Positions 1-7,475 of a stretch of 32,775 nt of DNA are shown piece by piece. The position numbers and the translations under genes are program-made. Every line of letters starts with the position of its first letter. Within the stretch, counting starts at the first letter, position 1. Below the pieces are notes generated by a model. The model was not told where the DNA came from. It saw only the letters and a program-made list of their open reading frames with translations, and ran no database searches. The DNA comes from a virus, in IMG/VR virus record IMGVR_UViG_3300045988_041693, positions 1 to 32,775 of that record; one strand, given 5' to 3'.

Positions 1-60
1 CTTCTGCCTTTGCAGGTTCTTCTGCCTTTGCAGGTTCTTCTGCCTTTGCAGGTTCGGGCT
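1..60. repeat. 18-bp in-frame tandem repeat (CCTTTGCAGGTTCTTCTG; encodes AEEPAK on the minus strand); one partial, two full and one degenerate unit
   Basis: Direct reading: units at 7-24 and 25-42, degenerate unit at 43-60. The same unit occurs three times at 32721-32774. Confidence 0.95.
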
Positions 61-325
61 TCGCTTTCTTCGGGGTTGCGGTCTTTGTCGGTTCGCTGAA
101 CGTAGGTGCTACGGGTTGCGATGGTTCGCTAAACGCTGGCACGGCTGTAGAGGTCGTTTTGCTCGCCACTACGGGCTTTTCTTCTTTTTTAGGTGCAACT
201 ATGTGCGTTTCTACTGAAACGTCGTCAGAAGCGCCCGAAAGTAGTTCTTTCAACATCTTAGTAACGTTAATAACTTCTTGTTCGTTTCTCCCGTCAAATT
301 CAAATGATAATGTAGTAACTTTCAT
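1..325 (-). CDS. Hypothetical protein, N-terminal part; the gene runs off the window start and continues at the window end if the molecule is circular
   Basis: ATG at 325 is preceded by the A-rich leader AAAAACAAAGATT seen before many genes here. Hand translation MKVTTLSFEFDGRNEQEVINVTKMLKELL...KPEPAKAEEPAKAEEPAKAE is open to position 1. It is absent from the ORF track because it has no stop in the window. Confidence 0.6.
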   Translation of the reverse strand, partial: MKVTTLSFEFDGRNEQEVINVTKMLKELLSGASDDVSVETHIVAPKKEEKPVVASKTTSTAVPAFSEPSQPVAPTFSEPTKTATPKKAKPEPAKAEEPAKAEEPAKAE

Positions 326-356
326 AATCTTTGTTTTTATATGGTTTCTAATTAAT

Positions 357-632
357 TTATGCGTCTTTATACTTTTTGCCCTTTAGGATGCGCTCGGCAA
401 CCTGCGCGACCACCAGGTTATAAAACTCGTTGTACCCGTCGCAGTAGATGTACATGTGTTCGACATCTACCGGGTATTTCGCGCCTTCCATTGTGGAAAC
501 GTAGTAGGGCAATATAAACCCCTCGAACGTAGGCATGTTCTTTGCCGCTTCGATAACCTCGTACTTACTGCTTTTAACCGAGGCAGATAGATGCTTTTTA
601 ACTTCTGCGATGATAAACTCTTTCTCTTTCAT
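357..632 (-). CDS. Hypothetical protein (91 aa), first gene downstream of the putative early promoter
   Basis: The ORF track gives 357-692. I prefer the ATG at 632 because it is preceded by ACGATTAAAAAGTAAAGTT, which matches the leader consensus. The 692 start would lie inside the 100-bp repeat. Confidence 0.55.
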   Translation of the reverse strand: MKEKEFIIAEVKKHLSASVKSSKYEVIEAAKNMPTFEGFILPYYVSTMEGAKYPVDVEHMYIYCDGYNEFYNLVVAQVAERILKGKKYKDA

Positions 633-662
633 AACTTTACTTTTTAATCGTTTATACTTTTT

Positions 663-862
663 AAAAAACTTCGGTGGTTGAATCCCTTTCACTTTTCAAT
701 CTTTCCCTTTCGGGTATCGTGTCCCTGGTTTCGGTGAGGAACAACCTCTGTTTTTTTGTCTTAAGAAAACCCGGTGATTAAAGCCCTTTCACTTTTCAAT
801 CTTTCCTTTTTCGGGTTTCGTGCTTTTAGTTTCGGTAAAAAGCAACCTTGTTCCCTTTTGAC
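663..862. repeat. Tandem duplication of a ~100-bp noncoding unit (~75% identity) with an identical 23-bp core
   Basis: CCCTTTCACTTTTCAATCTTTCC occurs at 684-706 and 784-806, exactly 100 bp apart. Flanking similarity: CGGTGRTTRAA upstream, CGGGTWTCGTG...TTTCGGT...CAACCT downstream. Confidence 0.85.
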
Positions 863-866
863 ATTA

Positions 867-908
867 CAAATATACGGCTTTTATCAATAGGTTGTACATT
901 CCGTTAAC
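867..908 (-). promoter_or_regulatory. Promoter-like element copy R1: GTTAAC-N28-TATATTTG on the minus strand (TAnnTTTG is the Bacteroidota -7 box)
   Basis: Plus strand has CAAATATA at 867-874 and GTTAAC at 903-908. The same bipartite spacing is seen at 18830-18871 and 23717-23758. A 21-nt stretch, CCTTTTGACATTACAAATATA, is identical to 23704-23724. Confidence 0.55.
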
Positions 909-930
909 ATTATTTAGGAATAAAAGTGCT

Positions 931-1287
931 CTGTCTCACTTAAAACGTTGAAAACCAGGCATTTAAAAAATGAGATTTCAGACTGTGCCACCTCTCGAAA
1001 ATGCGCTGTCTCACTTAACGCGCTACAAACCAAGCCGTTACAACGGAAAAAGCCAACTGTGCCAGGTGAGGCTGACGTTTTCCTATAACTTTATTTGGGA
1101 TATATATAAAATACTACTATACTACGAATATTTAGTAGAGGGGGTAAATTTCAATAATCACCAAAATAAAGTGTTATACCATTTTCACTGTCTCACCTGG
1201 CACACCGCTATAAATAACTATAATACAGCAAGTTAAGTGAGACAAAGACTGTGCCACCTAAAAACGTTGCCTGGCACAGTGGCACAG
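931..1287. promoter_or_regulatory. Noncoding motif array A: CTGTGCCAC-family and CTGTCTCAC-family 9-mers around an AT-rich core
   Basis: CTGTGCCAC/G at 983, 1057 and 1249. Inverted copies at 1197, 1271 and 1279. CTGTCTCAC at 931, 1006 and 1188, with an inverted copy at 1237-1244. AT-rich core at about 1081-1180. Confidence 0.8.
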
Positions 1288-1338
1288 TTCGAGACGCAAA
1301 AAGGGCACATTCCGAAGAACGCACCCTTAAATCGTGTT

Positions 1339-1929
1339 TTACTTAAACTTCACCGCTATGTCTATTTTCATTTTAGCTTTGGGGTTTTTGTTAGAAACGT
1401 CGTAATCTACCGACTTGACGCCCCACCTAAAAAAGAGGAATCGTTTCTTTCTAATCGAGATTACCCCCGTTACCGTGTCCGTACCTTGGTACGAAAGCTC
1501 CGTGCTGTCTCCTCTTTGCTCCGAACGTATCGTGTTCCACCCGTCGCGGTATTCGGCTATCGCCACTCCATTAATCGTGTCGGTTCTCACAACCCCCTTA
1601 ATAACGGTCTTTGTCACTACCTTACTAACAGATAACGCGTCTTTCAAACGAACGTCAAGCGCTTTCACCTCATTATATAGGTCTGTGTTCTGCTTCTTTA
1701 GCTCCTTCACGGATAACTCCAGGGCTTTACGCTTCACAGCGGCGTCACCCAACTTCGATATGTACTGTACTTCGGCTTCTGTCATCGCGTCTATATTCCT
1801 ATCCAGGCGTTCGATTTCAGCCCTTTGCTTTTTCACGGTATCTACCAACTTGGATATGACACCTACCACAACCATGATAGCAAAAGCGTATATCACGATT
1901 TTCTTTAGTCTACTCATACTTGATAGCAT
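1339..1929 (-). CDS. Membrane-anchored coiled-coil protein; possible i-spanin-like lysis accessory protein
   Basis: N-terminal TM segment (IVIYAFAIMVVVGVISKLV) followed by a heptad-rich region. It is the last gene of the holin-endolysin cassette and overlaps the endolysin 3' end by 20 nt. Confidence 0.5.
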   Translation of the reverse strand: MLSSMSRLKKIVIYAFAIMVVVGVISKLVDTVKKQRAEIERLDRNIDAMTEAEVQYISKLGDAAVKRKALELSVKELKKQNTDLYNEVKALDVRLKDALSVSKVVTKTVIKGVVRTDTINGVAIAEYRDGWNTIRSEQRGDSTELSYQGTDTVTGVISIRKKRFLFFRWGVKSVDYDVSNKNPKAKMKIDIAVKFK

Positions 1930-2425
1930 TAATACGGTTCATCCAACCCTTTCTATACTTCTCGTTCTTCGGGCGCGCCCTGCAGATCTCGTCGATAAAC
2001 TTTGCCCTATCGTCTTTAATCATTTTAAAGAGCGTAGCCGCGTCCATAGCGTTAACGGCTGCCATGGTCTGTTTACCTACAATACCGTCCGCCTTGACAC
2101 CTAAAAGACGTTGTGGACGCTTTATACCGTGTACCCCGGAAGCCCAGACCCAGTCTACTACGATATTGGCTACTGATTGGTTTTTAATCCCATCAGCCCT
2201 CCATCTATCCCAGTACAACGATTTAAACACGTCGTGCCATTCGGCGTCCGATATGTTTTTCAAGTCGTTTACGGTAGGTGCTTTAAGACCCTTTTTCCGT
2301 CTGTACTCGGTAAGCGTACCTATAGTTATTCCCTTGTTGGTTGCTCCCCCTAAATCGTCCGGGTCGTTAACGAAACCGCCTTCCCACTGTAGGATGAACG
2401 GTACTAACTTACTGCTGTTCGCCAT
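1910..2425 (-). CDS. Endolysin, GH108 N-acetylmuramidase domain plus PG_binding_3-type peptidoglycan-binding domain
   Basis: N-terminal signature ILQWEGGFVNDPDDLGGATNKGIT, and a C-terminal LGVKADGIVGKQTMAAVNA-type PG-binding motif. Confidence 0.9.
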   Translation of the reverse strand: MANSSKLVPFILQWEGGFVNDPDDLGGATNKGITIGTLTEYRRKKGLKAPTVNDLKNISDAEWHDVFKSLYWDRWRADGIKNQSVANIVVDWVWASGVHGIKRPQRLLGVKADGIVGKQTMAAVNAMDAATLFKMIKDDRAKFIDEICRARPKNEKYRKGWMNRINAIKYE

Positions 2426-2921
2426 CTTCTTTCCTTTCTTCTATGGGTAAATCATACCCGCCATCTTTAATCTTCTTTTTAAGGCTAAAGTATTTGCTAT
2501 TGGCAATACTATTCAATACCTTTATAAATTCATTAGACGGCTGGATAATGCGTAGGTTCTTGGTTATGTTCCTCGCGTATATAATAAGGAATATACCCGT
2601 GAGACCCTTAATCAATATCCGATAATCAATACCGGGTTCCAACATATTACAAGTAAGGGCAACAAAAAACAATATGGCGCTCGTCAAGAATAGCTCCTTA
2701 ACGGCTTGCATTGTCTTTTTGTGCTGATACGGTTTGCCCTTTCGGTGGTCTGCGAGATACCCGGCTAACCAGTTTAGGGCGGTCACTATCACGACAATAA
2801 ATATAAAGTCCCTCACATCCGAAACAACTGTCAGAACGGTAACAGCGAAAAACATTCGGAAGTAAGATTCTAAACTTTCTATCACTTGATAAGACCTATT
2901 CGCGAGTTCTGAACTATACAT
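2409..2921 (-). CDS. Putative holin (3-4 TM segments, highly charged C-terminus)
   Basis: Hydrophobic segments MFFAVTVLTVV, FIFIVVIVTALNWLAGYL, LFLTSAILFFVALTC and LTGIFLIIYA. Charged tail KKKIKDGGYDLPIEERKEDGEQQ. Lies immediately upstream of the endolysin. The track start at 2954 is a TTG; the first ATG is at 2921. Confidence 0.65.
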   Translation of the reverse strand: MYSSELANRSYQVIESLESYFRMFFAVTVLTVVSDVRDFIFIVVIVTALNWLAGYLADHRKGKPYQHKKTMQAVKELFLTSAILFFVALTCNMLEPGIDYRILIKGLTGIFLIIYARNITKNLRIIQPSNEFIKVLNSIANSKYFSLKKKIKDGGYDLPIEERKEDGEQQ

Positions 2922-3313
2922 ACCTTTATAAACCCGTCTTTTTTCATACGGCAAACCAAAGGTTCTAAAAACAAATCGGCTTTGCCCCGTTCGGCTTCAA
3001 ACCGTTTAACTTTACTTGTATCGGGAACGACTATCGAGCCTCCATACGTCTGAATCTTCATCCCGGTGGTCGTACTGTTTTGGTCTGCGATCTGCAAGTA
3101 ACGGGCAAAGGCATAATAGCATATAACCTTTTCCGCGCCTGCGAAGTCCGCACCGTCTGCTATGTACTCGTCCGGGATGGCGTCGTACATCGCCCCCACC
3201 TGGGGCAACATATCCAATAGGTCTGCCTCAAAGAAGGCTTTCTCTATCTTATTATCTTTTACGTCCGTCGCTATTTCAAATAACGTTCGGAATTTCTGTA
3301 TCGGGTATGCCAT
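2882..3313 (-). CDS. Hypothetical virion-module protein
   Basis: ORF track 2882-3337. The ATG at 3313 (MAYPIQKF) has an A-rich leader, AAATTTGAAACAGAAA. No recognisable motif. Confidence 0.55.
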   Translation of the reverse strand: MAYPIQKFRTLFEIATDVKDNKIEKAFFEADLLDMLPQVGAMYDAIPDEYIADGADFAGAEKVICYYAFARYLQIADQNSTTTGMKIQTYGGSIVVPDTSKVKRFEAERGKADLFLEPLVCRMKKDGFIKVCIVQNSRIGLIK

Positions 3314-4436
3314 TTTCTGTTTCAAATTTATTTTCAATTTCAGTTACTGACGGGTCAACCCCGAATACCTGGTACAATTCGCGTGAAATTCGTTGCCGTA
3401 CCTTTGCAAGGCTGTTTCTGTACACCTTTTGCAGTTCTTTAATAACCTCACCGGAAGCGTTCGAGAACGTTAACAGCGAGCTATCAATAAGAGGCAACGG
3501 GATATTATACGCAGCTATCGCGATATCCTTTCGTAACGGTTCCACATAAGCCTTGTACAGCTCCCTGTCTATCGGGCTGCCTAACTGGTCTACCTTGATA
3601 AACGGTTTGTCCGTGGCTACGTTCTCATCGCGAACGGTAAGCACTGAACCTGCGTTCTCACTCCCCATCATCTCGGAAAGCGTATCGCGGAATTCTTGCT
3701 GCGCCTGCTCGGTCTCGAAATCACCGTGCGACACAATACTGCACATATGGAAACCACGCCCCAAAGTACGGTTAACATACTTGCCGTTCTTGTCCTCCGC
3801 GCCCATCTCGTTACGTACCGCGTGGAACGTACTAATAGGATACGGTCGGGTAGTGCTGAGGTTCACGTATAAAAGTTGCCCCTTGTGGTTCTCGATACCT
3901 CCGCATTCCTCAACCTCGGCTGCGAAATTTTCGGGGTTGAACGTAGGGTAAACAATGGAGTTACCTTTAACACTTGTTGACTTTACGCTCTGTTTCTCCC
4001 AGTTGTTGAACACGCGCCAGCTCCTTACCGTAGGGTCATTCTTGTAATTGTCGTTCATCTCGGCACGAACGTATTCAAACGGAACGTTGTACACGTTTTT
4101 GGGCTGGTAGCCTGCTGGCGTCAAACCATACTGCACTATCCAAGCCCAGCCCTTAAAACGTGCAACGTCGTTTGCCGTAGCTTCTAACACGTCGTTCATG
4201 TTACAGCCGTTGCCGTTCGTCATTTCCGCGAAGTCCTTGTTTTTGAACCCTTCACAGATTATATTCTCCGTCATTTTTTCGACGGCAGCACTCGCTGTCT
4301 TTGACGCGTATATGAGTTCGGCAATTTCCTGCGGATAAAGGTTTCCCTCTCCGTAGTTAATCACTCTATCGCCCGTATTCGCTGAGAGCTTAAGCGCTTT
4401 TTCTACTAATAATGCTATTCGGCTGTAACCAATCAT
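3276..4436 (-). CDS. Putative portal protein
   Basis: 386 aa. The C-terminal part, MMGSENAGSVLTVRDE...IKVDQLGSPIDRELYKAYVEPLRKDIAIAAYNIPLPLI, resembles the conserved portal core pattern (G..NAGk..vl...i.v..l.....f......r..I..af.iP..l). No other portal-sized candidate was recognised. Confidence 0.5.
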   Translation of the reverse strand: MIGYSRIALLVEKALKLSANTGDRVINYGEGNLYPQEIAELIYASKTASAAVEKMTENIICEGFKNKDFAEMTNGNGCNMNDVLEATANDVARFKGWAWIVQYGLTPAGYQPKNVYNVPFEYVRAEMNDNYKNDPTVRSWRVFNNWEKQSVKSTSVKGNSIVYPTFNPENFAAEVEECGGIENHKGQLLYVNLSTTRPYPISTFHAVRNEMGAEDKNGKYVNRTLGRGFHMCSIVSHGDFETEQAQQEFRDTLSEMMGSENAGSVLTVRDENVATDKPFIKVDQLGSPIDRELYKAYVEPLRKDIAIAAYNIPLPLIDSSLLTFSNASGEVIKELQKVYRNSLAKVRQRISRELYQVFGVDPSVTEIENKFETENGIPDTEIPNVI

Positions 4437-4440
4437 GATG

Positions 4441-4791
4441 TTATTCTTTATTAATTTCTACAAAACAATCTGCGTAGGCGGGGTTCTCCTTCATAAGTCG
4501 TTCGGCTATTTCGTCCGTCATATTTGCGGACTTGTAAACCACGCCATCCACGTAATGCACGATACGCGCACCCGGTTTCATCGCCCACTTATAGACAATT
4601 TTAGCCAAATACTTCGTTTCGTACCACAAAGATAAATATTCCATATCCATGTGACAATTGGTATCAAGTTTTAGACCCGTCATTGCGTAATACGCATCTA
4701 ATTTCTCTTGCAATGTTGCTTCCTTTGGTTGGGAAACATCCGGGTCAGTGCTTTCGCCCTGCCCGGTAATGATAGTTAATTCTTCGCTCAT
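4441..4791 (-). CDS. Hypothetical protein (116 aa)
   Basis: Intact ORF tightly packed between the structural genes, with an A-rich leader. No motif recognised. Confidence 0.55.
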   Translation of the reverse strand: MSEELTIITGQGESTDPDVSQPKEATLQEKLDAYYAMTGLKLDTNCHMDMEYLSLWYETKYLAKIVYKWAMKPGARIVHYVDGVVYKSANMTDEIAERLMKENPAYADCFVEINKE

Positions 4792-4802
4792 TTTCTTTTT
4801 AA

Positions 4803-5357
4803 TTAAGTTGCTGGTGTACTCAATGCGTCATAATCTGCCTTCGTCAATGTGTGGATAGTAGTACCCACTTGCCAATCTTCAACGCCATAGGTAAACAAGG
4901 CGTACCCATCGGCCGTAGAGTCAAGGCTATATTCCAAGCAAACAAGAGGCGCGCCAAGACCGTAAACCCGATAAACACCGTTTCCGTGGTCTATGGCGAA
5001 TACCAATTCGGCACGCGCCAGCCGATTTACAATTCCCAAAACCTCACCGGTAGAGGATACGCCCGAAAGACTCGAGAGGCCAAACTGTTTAAAAGTTATT
5101 GTGACATCAAACGCCCCGGGCATAATGTCCTGCGATTTAATCCCCACTGTCAAAGTAAGGGCGTTATTAACGGTGGTTATCCCGTACCCTACTTTGGTTG
5201 ACACCCTTGTAATAGTAGCAGCGCCCCCCGGGAGTACCGTAAAACTCGCTATGTCTGCTGCGTTGATTAGCTTTGCACCTTGTATGCGGTTAAACGACGG
5301 TTTAGGCGCTCCGCACGCCATTTCAGGACTACCCTCTATGTATCCAATATATGCCAT
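4803..5357 (-). CDS. Structural protein, paralog 3 of 3 (tail-tube, neck or decoration candidate)
   Basis: Shares C15, F22 and LINAADIASF with paralog 2 (IINKADIEGF), and has a similar C-terminal G-rich block. Confidence 0.65.
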   Translation of the reverse strand: MAYIGYIEGSPEMACGAPKPSFNRIQGAKLINAADIASFTVLPGGAATITRVSTKVGYGITTVNNALTLTVGIKSQDIMPGAFDVTITFKQFGLSSLSGVSSTGEVLGIVNRLARAELVFAIDHGNGVYRVYGLGAPLVCLEYSLDSTADGYALFTYGVEDWQVGTTIHTLTKADYDALSTPAT

Positions 5358-5382
5358 ATTATTTTTCCTTTCTTTTAATTAG

Positions 5383-5919
5383 TTAAACTGCTGCCGCGTA
5401 TAGTCTATTATACTCTTCCTGTACTAATGTAAGCATATCCTCACCGATTACGTTTTCCGGAGTAGCCATCGTGATGGTAGTCCACCCTCCGTTATCATGG
5501 GAGGATGAATCAACCCCCGTGACGGATAGACCGTAGTAAAGGCCGTATGCGTTACCACTCAAGTTGCCAAACATCCTTGCAAAAATTACAAAAGAGCCAT
5601 TAGCTAAGGATGCCATTGTATCCCGGTACACTGAGTCAGATAACCCGGTGTACACTATGTTAGCAGAATGTGTGTAGGCGTTAGGTGCGCCATCGTTAAC
5701 CTTTAGAGCGCTTGACATAACAAGGGAACGCTTTACAGTATCAATCTTAAACGGTGTAGCCCCTTCTGCGAGCGAAAGTCTTGAAACTGCGTATCCAGAT
5801 GGGCTGATATCGAAGCCCTCTATATCGGCCTTGTTGATGATCATAGCGCTCACAAAGCCAGTAGAGCCCGTGTCGCAATTATAAGTAATTGCGTTTGCTA
5901 ATTTTGATATACATGCCAT
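5383..5919 (-). CDS. Structural protein, paralog 2 of 3
   Basis: N-terminus MACISKLANAITYNC aligns with paralog 1 (MAKTCLDKLSGNILQEC; C-x11-C with conserved KL and I). IINKADIEGF aligns with paralog 3. Confidence 0.65.
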   Translation of the reverse strand: MACISKLANAITYNCDTGSTGFVSAMIINKADIEGFDISPSGYAVSRLSLAEGATPFKIDTVKRSLVMSSALKVNDGAPNAYTHSANIVYTGLSDSVYRDTMASLANGSFVIFARMFGNLSGNAYGLYYGLSVTGVDSSSHDNGGWTTITMATPENVIGEDMLTLVQEEYNRLYAAAV

Positions 5920-5921
5920 AA

Positions 5922-6443
5922 TTAAACTGATTTAGAGATTATTGTATTTTTCGCTTCCGTAGACACCTCGATTTGATGATTGCCCGGTGAACCTTCCGGC
6001 GCGGTCAGCGTAATAGTAAACATACCGCCTGCCGCGTTTGAATCGCCTTCTATAGCCGAGCACTCCAAAGGGCATGCCACACCGAGCAAGATAGAAGAAC
6101 CCGAAAGATAATCAACCATAACGTAGAATCTGCCCGTAGAGAAAGCGCGTAACGCCCTCGAGGCCAAGCGCGGTATCTTGAACGTTAATGAATAGTCGAG
6201 CCGCAAAGAGGCGTCCGTGGTCCTCGCTGATGTTGTTAACTGTATGTTCTGTTTGTACCCCTCAACTAAGTACGATTTAGTAGACCCCTTGAACGTTGCG
6301 GAAGTTATATACCCGAGATCTTTCCCAAATACAAACGTCACATCTTCCGGGTACATCAAATATATATTCCTGATGCCATTCTGCGTAATCGTACATTCCT
6401 GCAAGATGTTACCCGAAAGTTTATCTAAACATGTTTTTGCCAT
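5922..6443 (-). CDS. Structural protein, paralog 1 of 3
   Basis: First gene after the capsid-gene terminator. Similar in length and N-terminal pattern to the next two genes. Confidence 0.65.
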   Translation of the reverse strand: MAKTCLDKLSGNILQECTITQNGIRNIYLMYPEDVTFVFGKDLGYITSATFKGSTKSYLVEGYKQNIQLTTSARTTDASLRLDYSLTFKIPRLASRALRAFSTGRFYVMVDYLSGSSILLGVACPLECSAIEGDSNAAGGMFTITLTAPEGSPGNHQIEVSTEAKNTIISKSV

Positions 6444-6456
6444 ATTATATAAAATG

Positions 6457-6490
6457 AAAAAGGGGCTGGGTTAATATCCCAACCCCTTTT
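6457..6490 (-). terminator. Rho-independent terminator downstream of the major capsid gene
   Basis: In the minus-strand RNA, GGGGUUGGG-AUAUUAA-CCCAGCCCC forms a 9-bp stem (one G-U pair) followed by UUUUUCAUUUU. Confidence 0.8.
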
Positions 6491-6507
6491 ATTGTTAATA
6501 CTAATTT

Positions 6508-7455
6508 TCATTTCTCAGACGCGTGTAACCACATCTGCATCTTCTCGGGCGCTACCAGCATGGCATCAGCCGCGAACAAAGTCTGTGAGTAGTAGTTACG
6601 GCTCTTTGCGTCTTGGATGAACGGTGCGATGTTAGTAGAGCTACCTTCCAAAGCAATCTGAATGTTGTCCTTTGGTGTGAATACTACGAAAGCATCCGTA
6701 TCACCATCAACCAAAGCAGCGTTAGACACGTGGCGAAGTTCGTTAATCTTGTACCCCTCGAAGAAGTAAACGGGTCTACCATCTACAATGTCACTTTGTG
6801 CAGCACTGTTATCTCTATCCTGCAAAAGGTTCTTGTAAAGACGCATAACGTTAGACGTTACGAAGAATTCCGAGGTATCAAGTGTATCGGGGCGTTGTGC
6901 GTCGATAGCCCCACGGAGTGCAGCAAGAACGCCTGCTGTGTCGAGCGTCAGAACGTTTTCGGTCTCCCCGCTATCCTTAAACTGCTTGATGATACCTCCC
7001 CGTGTAAAGATACCGTAGCCCGTAGCTTCCGCTTTAACGTCTCCATCCAACCAAGCGAGGCGCAACAAGTCAGCTTCCAGCACCTTCAATACTTCGGACT
7101 GGATGAAACCAGCCAAATCGGTTGCGGAAAAATCGTCCTCCAGGTTAATACCGCGTGCCACCATTTTGCCCCACAAAGACTGCAAACAGATCTCGATGGG
7201 CAGTTCGATAGGTGCGTGTGTGTAATACTTAACCTTGTCGGTTACTTTATCGTAGAAGTATTCTCTACCACATCCCGCTGATTTACGCAAAGCCTTGTCG
7301 GCTGCCGTAAGGGAAACAACGGGCGTGTTGTTAGCGATACCGTTAAGAACGGTGATACCGTTAGAAATCTCACCAGCCAAACCGACGGTCAAAGAGATAA
7401 CTTCGTTCAAACTGTTAATATTCAGTTTGTTAAGGTCTGTAAATGTAAATGCCAT
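6508..7455 (-). CDS. Putative major capsid protein
   Basis: 315 aa. Lies immediately downstream of the protease-scaffold gene and is followed by a strong terminator, which is classic capsid-gene placement. The fold is not verifiable by eye. Confidence 0.6.
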   Translation of the reverse strand: MAFTFTDLNKLNINSLNEVISLTVGLAGEISNGITVLNGIANNTPVVSLTAADKALRKSAGCGREYFYDKVTDKVKYYTHAPIELPIEICLQSLWGKMVARGINLEDDFSATDLAGFIQSEVLKVLEADLLRLAWLDGDVKAEATGYGIFTRGGIIKQFKDSGETENVLTLDTAGVLAALRGAIDAQRPDTLDTSEFFVTSNVMRLYKNLLQDRDNSAAQSDIVDGRPVYFFEGYKINELRHVSNAALVDGDTDAFVVFTPKDNIQIALEGSSTNIAPFIQDAKSRNYYSQTLFAADAMLVAPEKMQMWLHASEK

Positions 7456-7475
7456 AATTTCTTAATTTTTGTTTG

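Noticed and set aside
931-1287. A CRISPR-like array, considered for this region and also for 17556-17952.
   Set aside because: The repeats are only 9 bp, occur in both orientations, sometimes overlap, and have irregular spacing of 0-130 bp. There are no cas genes. This is incompatible with CRISPR architecture.
1197-1290. Sigma-54 type promoters, because the repeated motif contains TGGCAC (the -24 element).
   Set aside because: No copy has a TTGC -12 element at the required 5-nt spacing. The best case, on the minus strand, is TGGCAC-AGTCT-TTGT (about 1237-1255), which lacks the conserved GC. Copies occur in both orientations and overlap, which does not fit a promoter.
1271-1300. A possible tRNA, suggested by the T-loop-like GTTCGAG at about 1287-1293.
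   Set aside because: The flanking sequence cannot form a 5-bp T-stem or an acceptor stem. No cloverleaf could be drawn, and no other tRNA-like T-loop (GGTTCGAATCC) was seen.
970-1635. Plus-strand ORFs 970-1236, 1237-1635 and 17555-17827 inside the motif-array regions.
   Set aside because: They are built from the repeated 9-mers and AT-rich spacers and have implausible composition. They have no start-site context, and they are the only plus-strand candidates in a genome otherwise transcribed from one strand.
1415-2104. Long plus-strand ORFs antisense to well-supported minus-strand genes. Examples are 1415-2104, 1920-2450, 6613-7281, 7473-8030, 9868-10509, 10576-11034, 15267-15776, 19745-20314, 24067-24819 and 31518-32213.
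   Set aside because: Each lies entirely opposite a gene with clear motifs: endolysin, capsid, protease, TMP-like protein, helicase, primase or nuclease. Their products are low-complexity and Ser/Cys/Arg/Leu-rich, and they lack the A-rich leaders. These are typical shadow ORFs.
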